Sequence record: NC_029103.1
Direction: 5' to 3' (one strand)
DNA length: 64,000 nucleotides
Each line of letters opens with the position of its first letter. Positions within the stretch are counted from its first letter, which is position 1. Under the pieces are notes generated by a model that was not told where the DNA came from, ran no database searches, and saw only the letters and a program-made list of their open reading frames with translations. Positions 63,706 through 64,000 of the stretch are shown piece by piece. Both the position numbers and the translations under genes were made by a program.

Positions 63706-63745
63706 ACTTTTTTCACTGTTTAAACATATGTTTAAGTGATGCGAA

Positions 63746-63964
63746 TTGAACCCGTTTGCAGTATTCTTCACCGCAGTCCTGATTATAATACCGTTTCTAC
63801 TGTTTATCATAGTTCTGGCAAACGACTTTACTGGGATATTTTACGGCATAGACGGCAGTTCGTTCACTCCAGTTGCAAATACTGTAAACTATATGTTGTG
63901 GGCATTCGTTATTCTAGCAATAGCTTTAGTTGCAGTAATGATTATCTATAGGAAATACACCTAA
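63746..63964 (+). CDS. Small hydrophobic hairpin protein, capsid-like paralog
   Basis: Two hydrophobic helices and a basic C-terminus (IIYRKYT, like VP1); operator at 63722. Confidence 0.6.
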   Translation: MNPFAVFFTAVLIIIPFLLFIIVLANDFTGIFYGIDGSSFTPVANTVNYMLWAFVILAIALVAVMIIYRKYT

Positions 63965-64000
63965 GCCTTTCACGATCAACAGAATGCTTAACAGAACCCT

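Larger units (their letters stand above)
759..63733. promoter_or_regulatory. Dispersed palindromic operator 1: AAACANNTGTTT (often CTC-/-GAG flanked)
   Basis: Exact copies start at 759, 932, 2349, 4668, 5757, 12115, 15938, 18352, 21705, 22257, 32618, 35820, 38404, 42238, 42791, 43542, 44432, 48641, 50509, 52350, 53266, 54023, 54529, 55814, 58212 and 63722 (intergenic) and at 10757, 23347 and 40026 (coding). Near matches at 29460, 38960, 39285, 40417, 46510 and 49513. Confidence 0.93.

Noticed and set aside
1-64000. CRISPR or mini-CRISPR array
   Set aside because: I found no Sulfolobales-type repeat (ending ATTGAAAG) and no regularly spaced repeats. The 12-bp motif is irregularly spaced at promoters.
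1-64000. Naming the exact virus isolate, and any viral DNA polymerase or primase
   Set aside because: The isolate cannot be verified without a database search, and no polymerase or primase motifs were recognised.

Overview
The window looks like a near-complete genome of a large spindle-shaped crenarchaeal virus (Bicaudaviridae-like, ATV/STSV/SMV type, Sulfolobales host inferred). It is a consensus with many Ns, and several genes are split by single-base indels that are probably sequencing errors. About 1-32 kb is the virion/morphogenesis block: a hydrophobic-hairpin major capsid protein and paralogs, two ATV p131/p145-like proteins, a ~2000-aa helical virion protein, a lectin-module adhesin, an AAA ATPase, a MoxR ATPase with its VWA partner, a GT-C glycosyltransferase and a DNA methyltransferase. 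About 32-64 kb is accessory/regulatory: tyrosine recombinase, ThyX, HAD phosphatase, a TFB-like protein, RHH/wHTH regulators, an AT-rich candidate origin, many small acidic paralogs and an IS605 element (tnpA+tnpB). The strongest unexplained signal is a two-motif cis-regulatory code. The palindrome AAACANNTGTTT occurs at least 28 times exactly (manual count), almost always at promoters. A second palindrome, CTAACNNGTTAG, is fused to a GCAGAAA-TATA promoter in front of small accessory genes, including a Csx16/Crn4-like ring nuclease candidate. All family assignments come from motifs I recognised by eye, not from database searches.
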